Positions 19,593 through 28,374 of a stretch of DNA of 64,000 nucleotides are shown here, one piece after another. The stretch is from the IMG/VR virus record IMGVR_UViG_3300014834_000367, positions 1-64,000 of that record; one strand, written 5' to 3'. Below the pieces are notes generated by a model. It was not told the origin of the DNA and made no database searches. It was given only the letters and a program-made list of their open reading frames with translations. Source of the stretch: a virus. Position 1 is the first letter of the stretch; each line of letters begins with the position of its first letter. A program made the translations under genes and the position numbers.

Positions 19593-19706
19593 GGCGTAAA
19601 AGAAGAATTGGCGTCGGATAAGAATAAAAGACGCCAAATTATCCAAATATGATGACGGCGTGGTGTCAACAGTAAATAGTAAATGCGCAATAATACTGGA
19701 GTTCTT

Positions 19707-20204
19707 ATGACATCACGCCAACATCCGTTAGAACAAGTTTTTAATTTAGAGACTGGTGAATACTTCGATGCATTAAATAATCAAGAACATAACGAGCTTG
19801 TACCAACCGAAATAAATTCAGAATCAAATTTGCCAGCTACAACACAACAGACAGAACCACCGCCAGATCATAAAGACGAAGAAGATAAACAGATTGATGA
19901 GAATATAACTCAAGTTTATGATAAGGCAATTCAAGCATTTGAGCAACAAGCAGAGATGATCGAAATTGTAGATCCACGATATGCGGCTAGAACGGCCGAA
20001 GTTGCAGCAACATATCTAAATATTGCGTTGAACGCCATGGCAGTAAAATCAAGAACGAAGTCAGATAGAATAAAAAGAAATCAAGCATTTGTACCTTACA
20101 ACAATGGTCCTAAAACTGTCAATAACAATTTAATTGTCGCTGATAGGAATTCAATTCTAAAAGCATTAAGAACTGATAACGAACCGCCAAAAACAGAAGA
20201 TTAA
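19707..20204 (+). CDS. Probable terminase small subunit
   Basis: HPLEQVFNL, helical core, TVNNNLIVADRNSILK tail as in gp16-type proteins; upstream of TerL. Confidence 0.6.
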   Translation: MTSRQHPLEQVFNLETGEYFDALNNQEHNELVPTEINSESNLPATTQQTEPPPDHKDEEDKQIDENITQVYDKAIQAFEQQAEMIEIVDPRYAARTAEVAATYLNIALNAMAVKSRTKSDRIKRNQAFVPYNNGPKTVNNNLIVADRNSILKALRTDNEPPKTED

Positions 20205-20206
20205 AA

Positions 20207-20815
20207 ATGGCGAAAAGAAAAGAAATTTGGTACATACATGGCGCTAACTGCTCCAGTTTATCTTTTTCATATTTTGAAAAAATGCTTCCGAAGCATAATG
20301 TGAACCATATCGAATATGAACCAACGCACACGATTCCAGAATTATTGAACTTTGTTTATTCTTCCTTGCCAGTTAACACGCCAATATCTATTATCGGTCA
20401 TTCACTCGGCGGAGTTCTTGCTGTATTGATGTCACAACATCGTAATGCTGCAAATTATAAAATTGAAAAAATAGTAACTTTAGCAAGCCCTTTCGGAGGA
20501 TCTAAAGCTGCGAATATTTTGAAATGGATTCATCCTGAACATAGATTTTTAAATGATTTAAGTCAATATTCAGACGTAATTTTGAATTTACAAAATAAAG
20601 GCGCGATTGTTCCAACACTTAATTTGATTAGTACAGCCGGAACATTACCTATTATGCGAGAACCAAATGATGGGATTGTTTCTGTTGCAAGTCAACATGC
20701 GTTGAGAGGTGCCAGAAAACAAGAATTGTACGTTAATCATTTTGAAATTTTGTTAAGTGAAGAATCTATAAGACTTACAAAAGAATTTATTTGGGAACCA
20801 AAAAGAAATGCCTGA
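20207..20815 (+). CDS. Alpha/beta hydrolase (lipase-like)
   Basis: IHG, GHSLGG, LASPFGGS, NDGIV, NHFEIL. Confidence 0.85.
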   Translation: MAKRKEIWYIHGANCSSLSFSYFEKMLPKHNVNHIEYEPTHTIPELLNFVYSSLPVNTPISIIGHSLGGVLAVLMSQHRNAANYKIEKIVTLASPFGGSKAANILKWIHPEHRFLNDLSQYSDVILNLQNKGAIVPTLNLISTAGTLPIMREPNDGIVSVASQHALRGARKQELYVNHFEILLSEESIRLTKEFIWEPKRNA

Positions 20816-22952
20816 TTCACAGATCAAACGCGCTTTTAAGGAAATGGAATATACTCCAGAGAATATCATGGAGTTAAAGCGCTGCATGAATGATCCAATT
20901 TATTTTATTGAAAAATATGTCAAGGTGCAGCACCCCACAAAAGGCACGGTGCCCATGGAATTGTATGAATATCAGAAGGAAATGATAGACTCAATTCACA
21001 ATAATAAAGACTCAATTATTCTTGCGTCGCGCCAAATGGGTAAATGTTTTTCCACAAACACCGTAATAGATGTTATTGAACCGCCGAAGGGCCTCAAAAA
21101 AATAATCCTAAAACTTGCTGATCGAAAAATTTATGATTCAGTATTTGCTGAAAAGCGGGTTCCGATTAATTTAGAGCAAAACGCAAAGCCTGGAATTATA
21201 AGTTTTTTAAAACACAAAATTGTTCTCACCTGTTTAAAAGAAAAAACTATCAGCGTCGCCACTTTGGCCGCTAGATCAAATGTATTAGATACAAAAATTG
21301 ATGGTCCAGATGGTAAATTAAAATTTACTGGAGAAGGGCACACAAACTTATTTGTTAAAACGCCAACTGGTTGGTCACCAATTTCTAGAGTGCTTCGCAC
21401 GATCCCATATAAAGCCTGGCAGCTTGAAGTTGAAGATCAAGAAACACTAACTGCCGCGGATGATCATATTATTATGTCTGAGCGTGGCCAACGTTATTTG
21501 AAAAAATTAAAAGAAGGCGAATTAGTACACACGAAGCTAGGTTTGAAGAAAGTTTTGTCTGTCAAAAAACTTAAACGTTCCGAGACAATGTATGATCTCG
21601 AGCTCGCTGATGACAACCATGTTTTTTACACGAATGGAATTTTAAGCCATAACACCACGGTTGTTGCGGTATACATTCTTTGGATGACCTGCTTTCTTGA
21701 TGATAAGCTATGTGTCATTGCTTCGAAGGCTTTAAACCACGCGGTTGAAATCGTATCGAGAATTAAATTTGCGTATGAAGAACTCCCGGCTTGGTTAAAA
21801 CCTGGTTGCAGATATTATTCAAGAACATCAATTGAATTTGACAACGGATCAAAAATTAAATCTGAAGCAACTTCAGAAAAAACTGGTCGTGGTGGTTCTC
21901 CTTCGTTACTGTTTATTGATGAGATTGCGTTCTTGAGACGCAGAATTCAGGATGAAATGTGGGCGTCGATCGCGCCATCTCTTTCAACCGGCGGTAAATT
22001 TATTGTTTCATCGACGCCAAATACTGACAGTGATCTTTTCGCTCAGTTATGGCGCGGCGCAAATTCCGGCGTAAATTCTTTCGTGCCGGTCAAAGCGCTT
22101 TGGTATCAGCACCCAGAAAGAGGCGAAGAATACTACAAGGAGATGGTTGGCAAACTCGGAGAACTGCGTGCCAGAATCGAATTGGATTGTGAATTTTTGT
22201 CAACTGATCCTCTTCTCATTGACTCTATTGCCTTAGCGCAAATCAGACCTCCGAAGCCAGATGAAGATAGCAATGGTGTCAAGTTGTGGTATCCACAAAA
22301 ACCTCTACAGTCAATATTGCTTGGTGTTGATATAGGAACAGGCACAGGTAAGGATTATTCAACAGCTGTTGCGTTTAGTTTTCCTGATTTGCAGCAGATT
22401 GCTGAGATTAGAGCCAATAACCTGAACATCTCAAAATTCTATGGTAGGGTGAGCTGGCTTATTAAAAAATTGCAAACAATTGGCGGCCAACAAAAAACCG
22501 CAGAAATTACGTGGAGTTTTGAAAATAATGGGGTCGGGGCAGGCTTTGCCGCACTTTATTTTAATGATGATAATCCGCCAGATGGCGAACTTATTTCGTC
22601 AGATCCAAAAGGATTAACATTAGGCGTTAACACCAATGGCAAAACGAAACTTCTCGCGTGTTTGCAGTTGAAGAGTTTAGTTGAGAGAACATCAAACGGC
22701 ATAACAATTAACTCGGACGCTTTACTGTTTGAGCTTAAAAATTATGTTTCAGCCGGCGCAAGCTACGCCGCCAAAACCGGTTGTACTGATGACTTAGTTG
22801 CAGCAACTTTGGTTGTTATGCAGATATTATCACGTCTTGCTGATTACGACGAAAACGCACATAAGAAGGTTTATGATTTTTCTGGTTCTGCTTATGATCC
22901 ATTAGCCGATCAAGTTGATGATCCTGAGGATCCAATACCGTTTGTCATGTAA
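20808..22952 (+). CDS. gp17: Terminase large subunit with intein
   Basis: ASRQMGK|TT Walker A, LFIDEIAF Walker B, SSTPN, GVDIGTGTGKDYS, ENNGVG, DDLVAA. Confidence 0.95.
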   Translation: MPDSQIKRAFKEMEYTPENIMELKRCMNDPIYFIEKYVKVQHPTKGTVPMELYEYQKEMIDSIHNNKDSIILASRQMGKCFSTNTVIDVIEPPKGLKKIILKLADRKIYDSVFAEKRVPINLEQNAKPGIISFLKHKIVLTCLKEKTISVATLAARSNVLDTKIDGPDGKLKFTGEGHTNLFVKTPTGWSPISRVLRTIPYKAWQLEVEDQETLTAADDHIIMSERGQRYLKKLKEGELVHTKLGLKKVLSVKKLKRSETMYDLELADDNHVFYTNGILSHNTTVVAVYILWMTCFLDDKLCVIASKALNHAVEIVSRIKFAYEELPAWLKPGCRYYSRTSIEFDNGSKIKSEATSEKTGRGGSPSLLFIDEIAFLRRRIQDEMWASIAPSLSTGGKFIVSSTPNTDSDLFAQLWRGANSGVNSFVPVKALWYQHPERGEEYYKEMVGKLGELRARIELDCEFLSTDPLLIDSIALAQIRPPKPDEDSNGVKLWYPQKPLQSILLGVDIGTGTGKDYSTAVAFSFPDLQQIAEIRANNLNISKFYGRVSWLIKKLQTIGGQQKTAEITWSFENNGVGAGFAALYFNDDNPPDGELISSDPKGLTLGVNTNGKTKLLACLQLKSLVERTSNGITINSDALLFELKNYVSAGASYAAKTGCTDDLVAATLVVMQILSRLADYDENAHKKVYDFSGSAYDPLADQVDDPEDPIPFVM
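21045..21653 (+). mobile_element. Endonuclease-less intein (203 aa) in the TerL Walker A motif
   Basis: CFSTNTVI block A, TAADDH block B, MYDLEL...HVFYTNGILSHN|T blocks F/G. Confidence 0.9.
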
Positions 22953-22983
22953 ATAATCTTATTGTGTTTTAACAGGAAAAATC

Positions 22984-23652
22984 ATGAGACTAGTAAAATT
23001 ATTTGAAGCAGAACCACTTCAAACTCACTTGGAAAAAACGTATTATCATGGTACGCCATCTGAAGAAGCATTTAATGAGATTATTAAACATGGCTTAAAG
23101 CCAGGGGACATAACTTTAGTTAAAGATGTCTCTAAATCAAAAGAAAATTTAAATCCTGTAAAAGGTCACGTTTATATAACATCAGATATTGGTTACGCCC
23201 AAATATATGCAATTGGCGGTGACTATGCTGGTTCTACGAGTATTAAGCCAGAAAGAAAATACGGCTATGTGTTTGTGATCGATGGTGCCGAGCTCAAAGA
23301 TATTCAACCTGATGAAGATGAAGTCGGCGAATTGATCTGGAAGGTGGCTACAAAAGAAACGCACGATCCACTTATCAACGTAAAATATATTCCACTCTTA
23401 TCCAAAAAATTAACAGACAGACAATTTAAAAAATTTATGGACGGCGAATATGTGATGTGGGCACATCTTGGCAAGAAACTCTTACAGGACATGCCAGATT
23501 CTGATAAAATACATTTCATCAATCTAGCTTCAAACATAGCACATCGTGGAAATCTAAATTTTAAAGAAGCTTGGAGAATAGATTTAGAAAAAATTCCAGA
23601 ACTCAAGCGTGATGGGTCAAACTTTTTCAAGCTTGCTGAAAGAGTCAAATAG
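22984..23652 (+). CDS. Capsid-targeted ADP-ribosyltransferase-fold protein (H-Y type)
   Basis: MRLVKLFE leader; YYHGT, GLKPG, VYITSDIGYAQIYA, GYVFVID, PDEDE. Confidence 0.6.
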   Translation: MRLVKLFEAEPLQTHLEKTYYHGTPSEEAFNEIIKHGLKPGDITLVKDVSKSKENLNPVKGHVYITSDIGYAQIYAIGGDYAGSTSIKPERKYGYVFVIDGAELKDIQPDEDEVGELIWKVATKETHDPLINVKYIPLLSKKLTDRQFKKFMDGEYVMWAHLGKKLLQDMPDSDKIHFINLASNIAHRGNLNFKEAWRIDLEKIPELKRDGSNFFKLAERVK

Positions 23653-23689
23653 AAGAAATACCCACTTTTCCTGATTCATTTAAATACCT

Positions 23690-23811
23690 GTTTACATCTT
23701 AACAGAGATGTGATATACTACAATGTTGGCAGAAAAACTGTCGAATGCCAATACGCTCATCGTAATTATGAGCGCTAAACAGTTTACATGCCCGCAGATT
23801 TATGTTATATT
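23690..23811 (+). promoter_or_regulatory. Two tandem early (sigma70-like, T4 Pe-like) promoters
   Basis: TTTACA 23691 -N17- TATACT 23714 and TTTACA 23783 -N17- TATATT 23806, both with TG extension. Confidence 0.75.
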
Positions 23812-23839
23812 GTCATACCGTCAATCATCGTGGAGAAAA

Positions 23840-24016
23840 ATGATGAAAAGCACCAAGGAAGTTGAACAAGCTCTACGTCAAGAACTGTCAGAGATGTCAA
23901 CCAACAAACTTCGCAAAGTCGCACAAGATGCCGGGGTCACTAAGGTTACTTATAAGACTCGCGAAGAACTGATTGAGCAGTGCGTGGTGCTTGAGCTTTA
24001 CGCTTTTACTCATTGA
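23840..24016 (+). CDS. Small Rho-N/HeH-like domain protein
   Basis: GGAG RBS; LSEMSTNKLRKVAQDAGV...KTREELIE. Confidence 0.6.
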   Translation: MMKSTKEVEQALRQELSEMSTNKLRKVAQDAGVTKVTYKTREELIEQCVVLELYAFTH

Positions 24017-24051
24017 AATAACCACTACCGTTGAACTTTAAAGGAAATACG

Positions 24052-25560
24052 ATGAAAAAACAGAATCAGCTTCGTCTTAACACTCTTATCGCCGCCGCGA
24101 TTAGTACTATGGTACTTTCAGCCTGCGGCTCTTCAAGTTCAGAAGGCGATAAAGTGTCAAACAATCCAGAAGACTGCAATTTCCCAGAACACTTACCGCA
24201 GGGCAGTTCCTCATCTGCTAATCCTACTGCAATTCCGACTTTCCATCGTCTTCCGGCTGAATTGCCTGAACCTGTTGAAGGCGTTGAAGCTCCATTTCAA
24301 GTAGATTCTTCAACCGTCTTAGATGCTGACACCAAAAATCTAACTGATGAGAAACTTTCAGATCTGATCCAACAAGAAAAATCCAATCCTAATAGCGTTC
24401 ATCGTAAATCAACTCCTCGCACACCAATCGTATATACTCCAGCTCAAATTAGAGCAGCGTATGGTCTGCCTCAAGTTCCAAAAGATTTGTCAAATCTAAC
24501 ACCACAGCAGGCTGCAGCTCTTGGTGCTGGCCAGACAATTTATATTGTTGTGGCATTTGATAATCCTTCACTGGTTAGCGACCTTAATTCTTTCAGCGCA
24601 AAGTTTGATCTGCCTGTTTGTAATGAAGTAAAAATCCCAGTGACCGCCCGAACTTTACCGGCTGCGCCAAATAACTGCACAGTGTCCGTTGTTTATTCAG
24701 TTGCTGGCGGTGGCATGAGTGATAAAAAGCCTGCATATGATGGAGTGTGGGCAACAGAGTCTGCTTTAGATGTTCAATGGGCTCACGCCATCGCACCACT
24801 TGCACGTAAAGTTGTAATTGAGGGTCGGAATGCCTTGGTAAGTTCCTTGGCTGATGCTGTACGAACAGCAAATAATTTTGGGCCTGGCGTAGTATCAATG
24901 AGTTTCGTGGCACAGGAAGCTTCCTTTGTTAAAGGCTCAGAACCAATTTTTGCGGTACCAAACATGACATATGTCGCAGCCGCCGGCGATTATGGTTATC
25001 AAGCAAATTGGCCTGCAGTATCACCAAGCGTTGTCTCAGTTGGCGGAACAACTCTTAATGGGTATTCAGACACTGGTCGAAATGAGACATCATGGAAAGG
25101 AACTGGTGGTGGATTTAGCTCACAATTCCCAATGCCAACATGGCAGTCTGGTCTAAACTTTCCATCAAGTCTACCAAAAACTCGAGTTGGTGTTGATCTA
25201 TCATTCAACGCTGATCCTTATACTGGCCATTATGTAGCATTCACGAAGCTAGGCGCAAAGACCCCAACATGGTATTCAATGGGAGGAACCAGTGCTGGAA
25301 CTCCACAAATCTCTGCTCTATTTGCAGTAGTAAATGCTCAGCGAGCTCTGTTAGGAAAACTGCCAGTTGGTAAAATCCATGAAAATCTATACCGAGATTT
25401 TGGCCCAGGACTTGGAGCTTCAGCACAGGCCTTAACTGATGTGACTGTTGGAGCAAATGGTACTTGCAATTGGTGCTCAGCCAAATTTGGATATGATATC
25501 CCATCTGGCTGGGGTACCCCAAATGCAAATCGGTTGATTCCTCTGATGGTTAACAAGTAA
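24052..25560 (+). CDS. Lipoprotein serine protease, S53 (sedolisin-like)
   Basis: Lipobox LSAC; ESALD, AAAGDYG, VGGT, GGTSAGTP, DVTVGANG...GYDIPSGWGTP. Confidence 0.9.
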   Translation: MKKQNQLRLNTLIAAAISTMVLSACGSSSSEGDKVSNNPEDCNFPEHLPQGSSSSANPTAIPTFHRLPAELPEPVEGVEAPFQVDSSTVLDADTKNLTDEKLSDLIQQEKSNPNSVHRKSTPRTPIVYTPAQIRAAYGLPQVPKDLSNLTPQQAAALGAGQTIYIVVAFDNPSLVSDLNSFSAKFDLPVCNEVKIPVTARTLPAAPNNCTVSVVYSVAGGGMSDKKPAYDGVWATESALDVQWAHAIAPLARKVVIEGRNALVSSLADAVRTANNFGPGVVSMSFVAQEASFVKGSEPIFAVPNMTYVAAAGDYGYQANWPAVSPSVVSVGGTTLNGYSDTGRNETSWKGTGGGFSSQFPMPTWQSGLNFPSSLPKTRVGVDLSFNADPYTGHYVAFTKLGAKTPTWYSMGGTSAGTPQISALFAVVNAQRALLGKLPVGKIHENLYRDFGPGLGASAQALTDVTVGANGTCNWCSAKFGYDIPSGWGTPNANRLIPLMVNK

Positions 25561-25594
25561 GTAGTAGAACAAATTCCAAGGTGGCGAATAGATC

Positions 25595-26188
25595 ATGAGC
25601 AGATTTGAAATAATTGAACAGGTTCTCAAATCATCGCCACTTTGGAAGTCAATGCTGAATACACGTGAAGACTCTCCATGGCATCGTGAAGCAAATGTTG
25701 CTGAACATACAAGGATGATTATTTCTTGGTACAAAAATAATCTAGCAAATAACAGAAATGAAACGCAGCAGTTTTTAACTCAAACTGCTGCGTTGTTTCA
25801 TGATGTTGGTAAGCCAATGGCCGAAGTAGTAAAATATAAAGAAGAGCGTGGGACATATCGTGCATATAGTGGTCATGAACAATTATCATCTCGTCTTTGG
25901 GTAGATTTTGCTCTGACTAATAAGGACATCTGTAAAAAGGTTGGAATAACTGTAGATGATATTTCAAGCATCGCTTTAATGATTGAATATCATGTTCCAT
26001 ATGGTTATAAAGATGTACAAAAACGACAAAATCTAAAAAGAGCATTAATTTCAAAGTTAGGCGAAGCTGGTCACCGAGCTTGGTTGGATCTTTTGATAAG
26101 CGACCAGCATGGTAGGATATCAGACAACCATGCTGAAAAAATAGCTGATATGACAAAGTGGCTTGAAGATTGGGAAAATGTAAAATGA
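25595..26188 (+). CDS. HD-domain phosphohydrolase (HD-Pnk/CCA-type)
   Basis: SPWHREANVAEHT, ALFHDVGKP, GHEQLS, DQHGR. Confidence 0.85.
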   Translation: MSRFEIIEQVLKSSPLWKSMLNTREDSPWHREANVAEHTRMIISWYKNNLANNRNETQQFLTQTAALFHDVGKPMAEVVKYKEERGTYRAYSGHEQLSSRLWVDFALTNKDICKKVGITVDDISSIALMIEYHVPYGYKDVQKRQNLKRALISKLGEAGHRAWLDLLISDQHGRISDNHAEKIADMTKWLEDWENVK

Positions 26189-26745
26189 ATAAAATTGCTT
26201 TCATCATGGTTGGTGTAGCTGGAGCCGGCAAAAGCACGATTGTTGAAAAATTATCACGCCATTTTGAAAGCCAGAATGAAGATGTTTATATTTTTAGTTT
26301 AGACAACATCAGATTGCAGATGTTGAAATCACATCTTGAAAATTCAGAAGAAATCTCAACTGTTGATTTTTACAGCAAGGCATATGAATTCTGTAATTCA
26401 AATAAAGAACAGTTTCAAAAGTTAATCGATTCAAGCTGGGCTATGGCTTTAAAAACAAATGTCGTTATAGTTGATAACGTAAATCTAACTCGAAAAAGCC
26501 GAACACGCTGGATTACTGATCTGGAAAGAAAAAATTTTAAAATAGTTGCAATTCAAGTTATTGCGCCGCTTGATGTTATTATTCAGCGCCAATCGACTAG
26601 ATCAGATAAATGTGTACCAGCTGAAACAGTAAAAGATATGTACTTTAAACAGCAGGAAGTTTTATTAAGCGTTGAAGCCGATGAAGTCATAACTATAGAT
26701 GGCACAGATAATAGCACTAAAGTAGAATTATTGATTGCATCATAA
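26185..26745 (+). CDS. Polynucleotide-kinase-like P-loop protein
   Basis: GVAGAGKST, SLDNIR, IVDNVNLTRKSR, QRQSTRSDK; ATGA-type overlap with the HD gene. Confidence 0.8.
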   Translation: MNKIAFIMVGVAGAGKSTIVEKLSRHFESQNEDVYIFSLDNIRLQMLKSHLENSEEISTVDFYSKAYEFCNSNKEQFQKLIDSSWAMALKTNVVIVDNVNLTRKSRTRWITDLERKNFKIVAIQVIAPLDVIIQRQSTRSDKCVPAETVKDMYFKQQEVLLSVEADEVITIDGTDNSTKVELLIAS

Positions 26746-26844
26746 TAGAATTATCAATTAAACTAAATTAGTACTTAATAAAAATTATTCATCATAATAT
26801 GATATAATTGAAAAGTTAAAAAATTAATAAATGGGAATTATTAG

Positions 26845-27297
26845 ATGAATGTAGATTATCGCATCTATGCTGAATTAGGTGCATCTTCATTAAAAGCATT
26901 AAAAACATTTTGTGATACGCATTCTTTAAAATGCGTAAAACAGATGTTAGTGCCAATTGTCGATATTTGTGCGATTCCTGCCAACACATCATTAAACACC
27001 AAATATTATCCAAATCCTATTGATGCGCAAGTAGTAGATTTTTCGATTCACCTTGATGGAATTGTTTATTTGGTATTAGATTGTCCAGTTATTAAGTACA
27101 AATACGCAAATTGGAAATCAGCATTTAACACAGCTAATAATTTAGAATTTAAATTACCACTGTGTGAAGTACCGTTAACGCCATTAGTTAAATCTGATGT
27201 GTTAACTATACCGTCTCTGCAGCTTATTGGCGAGATATACGTATGTTTATCCGCCATCAGAACGCCAACCTATTTTAGCACAAAATATGCTAATTAG
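26845..27297 (+). CDS. Hypothetical protein
   Basis: 150-aa ORF in operon orientation. Confidence 0.55.
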   Translation: MNVDYRIYAELGASSLKALKTFCDTHSLKCVKQMLVPIVDICAIPANTSLNTKYYPNPIDAQVVDFSIHLDGIVYLVLDCPVIKYKYANWKSAFNTANNLEFKLPLCEVPLTPLVKSDVLTIPSLQLIGEIYVCLSAIRTPTYFSTKYAN

Positions 27298-27309
27298 TAA
27301 GGTGTCCAT

Positions 27310-27408
27310 TATAAATAAAACTGCAGACTTCAAAAGCTGTGTTTTGTTTATGTTTGGGTTTGTTGTAATTGTTTGTAACTCTAACTTTCTAGTTTAAGGA
27401 GATTAACC
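27310..27408 (+). promoter_or_regulatory. TATAAATA promoter and G/U-rich unstructured leader of the SSB gene
   Basis: TATAAATA 27310-27317; about 40 nt of almost only G/T (27338-27376) before AAGGAG. Confidence 0.55.
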
Positions 27409-28305
27409 ATGACTGCACGACGTTCACTTGCGGATTTACGCAAAGCTTTCGATACAAAAGCATCAAATGAAAATACAAATTCAGATTGGAAGAAATTCTT
27501 TTCATTCTGGAAAATGCCAGAAGACACTACCACCATCGTTCGTTTCTTACCAGATTTAAATGAAGATAACCCAATGGGTTTCTTGGTTGAAAATCTTCAT
27601 CATGAGCTTGTAGTTAATGGTGAGAAAAAGAAAGTTCCATGTCTCTCAATGTATGGTGAAGATTGTCCTCTCTGTGAAGAATCACGAAAGCACTATGACG
27701 CCGGCGATGAAGCCATGGGTAAAAAGTATTACAAAAAGCGTTCCTACATTGGACAAGTTCTTGTCATCGAATCACCATTTGAATATGATACCGAGCCACT
27801 TGTCAAGCTTATTGATTTTGGTCCAAAAATTTTCAAGCAGATCCAATCAGCTTTCCAATCTGGAGATCTTGAAAATCCTCCGTATGAACTCAAAGGCGGT
27901 TATAATTTCCGCATCAAGAAAACCAAGTCAGGACAGTATTCTGATTATGGCACCTCAAGCTTCTCACCAAAAATGTCAGATGTTGGTGATGATATCCTAG
28001 AAAATCTTGAACTTTATGATTTATCAGCTTATCGTACTAAGCATATGTCTCGTATCACGATTGAGGCAATGCTGCAGGCAGAAAAAACTGGCAGTAGCGT
28101 CAGTGAAGATGATGAAGTTGTAGTTGATCAGCCAGTAGAAAAAGTAACTGCTAAATCTGTATCTTCAGTTGCTGCGAAAGTTGCAGCGCGTAAAGAAGAG
28201 CCAGAAGTTCAAGCTGAAGAACCAGCCAGTGGCCAAAAAGCATCAGCAGTATTAGATGCAATTCGTGCCCGAGCTGCAGCTAAGAAAGCAGCAGCTGGCG
28301 AATAA
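27409..28305 (+). CDS. gp32: Single-stranded DNA-binding protein
   Basis: IVRFLPD, CLSMYGEDCPLC, KRSYI, GYNFRIKK, YSDYGTSSF. Confidence 0.9.
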   Translation: MTARRSLADLRKAFDTKASNENTNSDWKKFFSFWKMPEDTTTIVRFLPDLNEDNPMGFLVENLHHELVVNGEKKKVPCLSMYGEDCPLCEESRKHYDAGDEAMGKKYYKKRSYIGQVLVIESPFEYDTEPLVKLIDFGPKIFKQIQSAFQSGDLENPPYELKGGYNFRIKKTKSGQYSDYGTSSFSPKMSDVGDDILENLELYDLSAYRTKHMSRITIEAMLQAEKTGSSVSEDDEVVVDQPVEKVTAKSVSSVAAKVAARKEEPEVQAEEPASGQKASAVLDAIRARAAAKKAAAGE

Positions 28306-28312
28306 AGACGCA

Positions 28313-28340
28313 TAGGGTCGGGTTTAAAAGCTCGACCCTA
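28313..28340 (+). terminator. Strong hairpin after gp32 (no U tract; terminator or processing site)
   Basis: TAGGGTCGGGTTT...AAGCTCGACCCTA. Confidence 0.55.
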
Positions 28341-28374
28341 ACATCTCTTCAACAATTTTAATAGGACAAATATT

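Noticed and set aside
19608-19644. Readthrough pseudoknot after the stop at 19590 (TTGGCGTC/GACGCCAA and GGATAA/TTATCC)
   Set aside because: Loop lengths of 0 and 1 nt make the two stems sterically unlikely together; more likely a simple hairpin.
26845-27297. 2H phosphoesterase (gp57B-like) call
   Set aside because: Only vague resemblance; both HxT motifs are absent.
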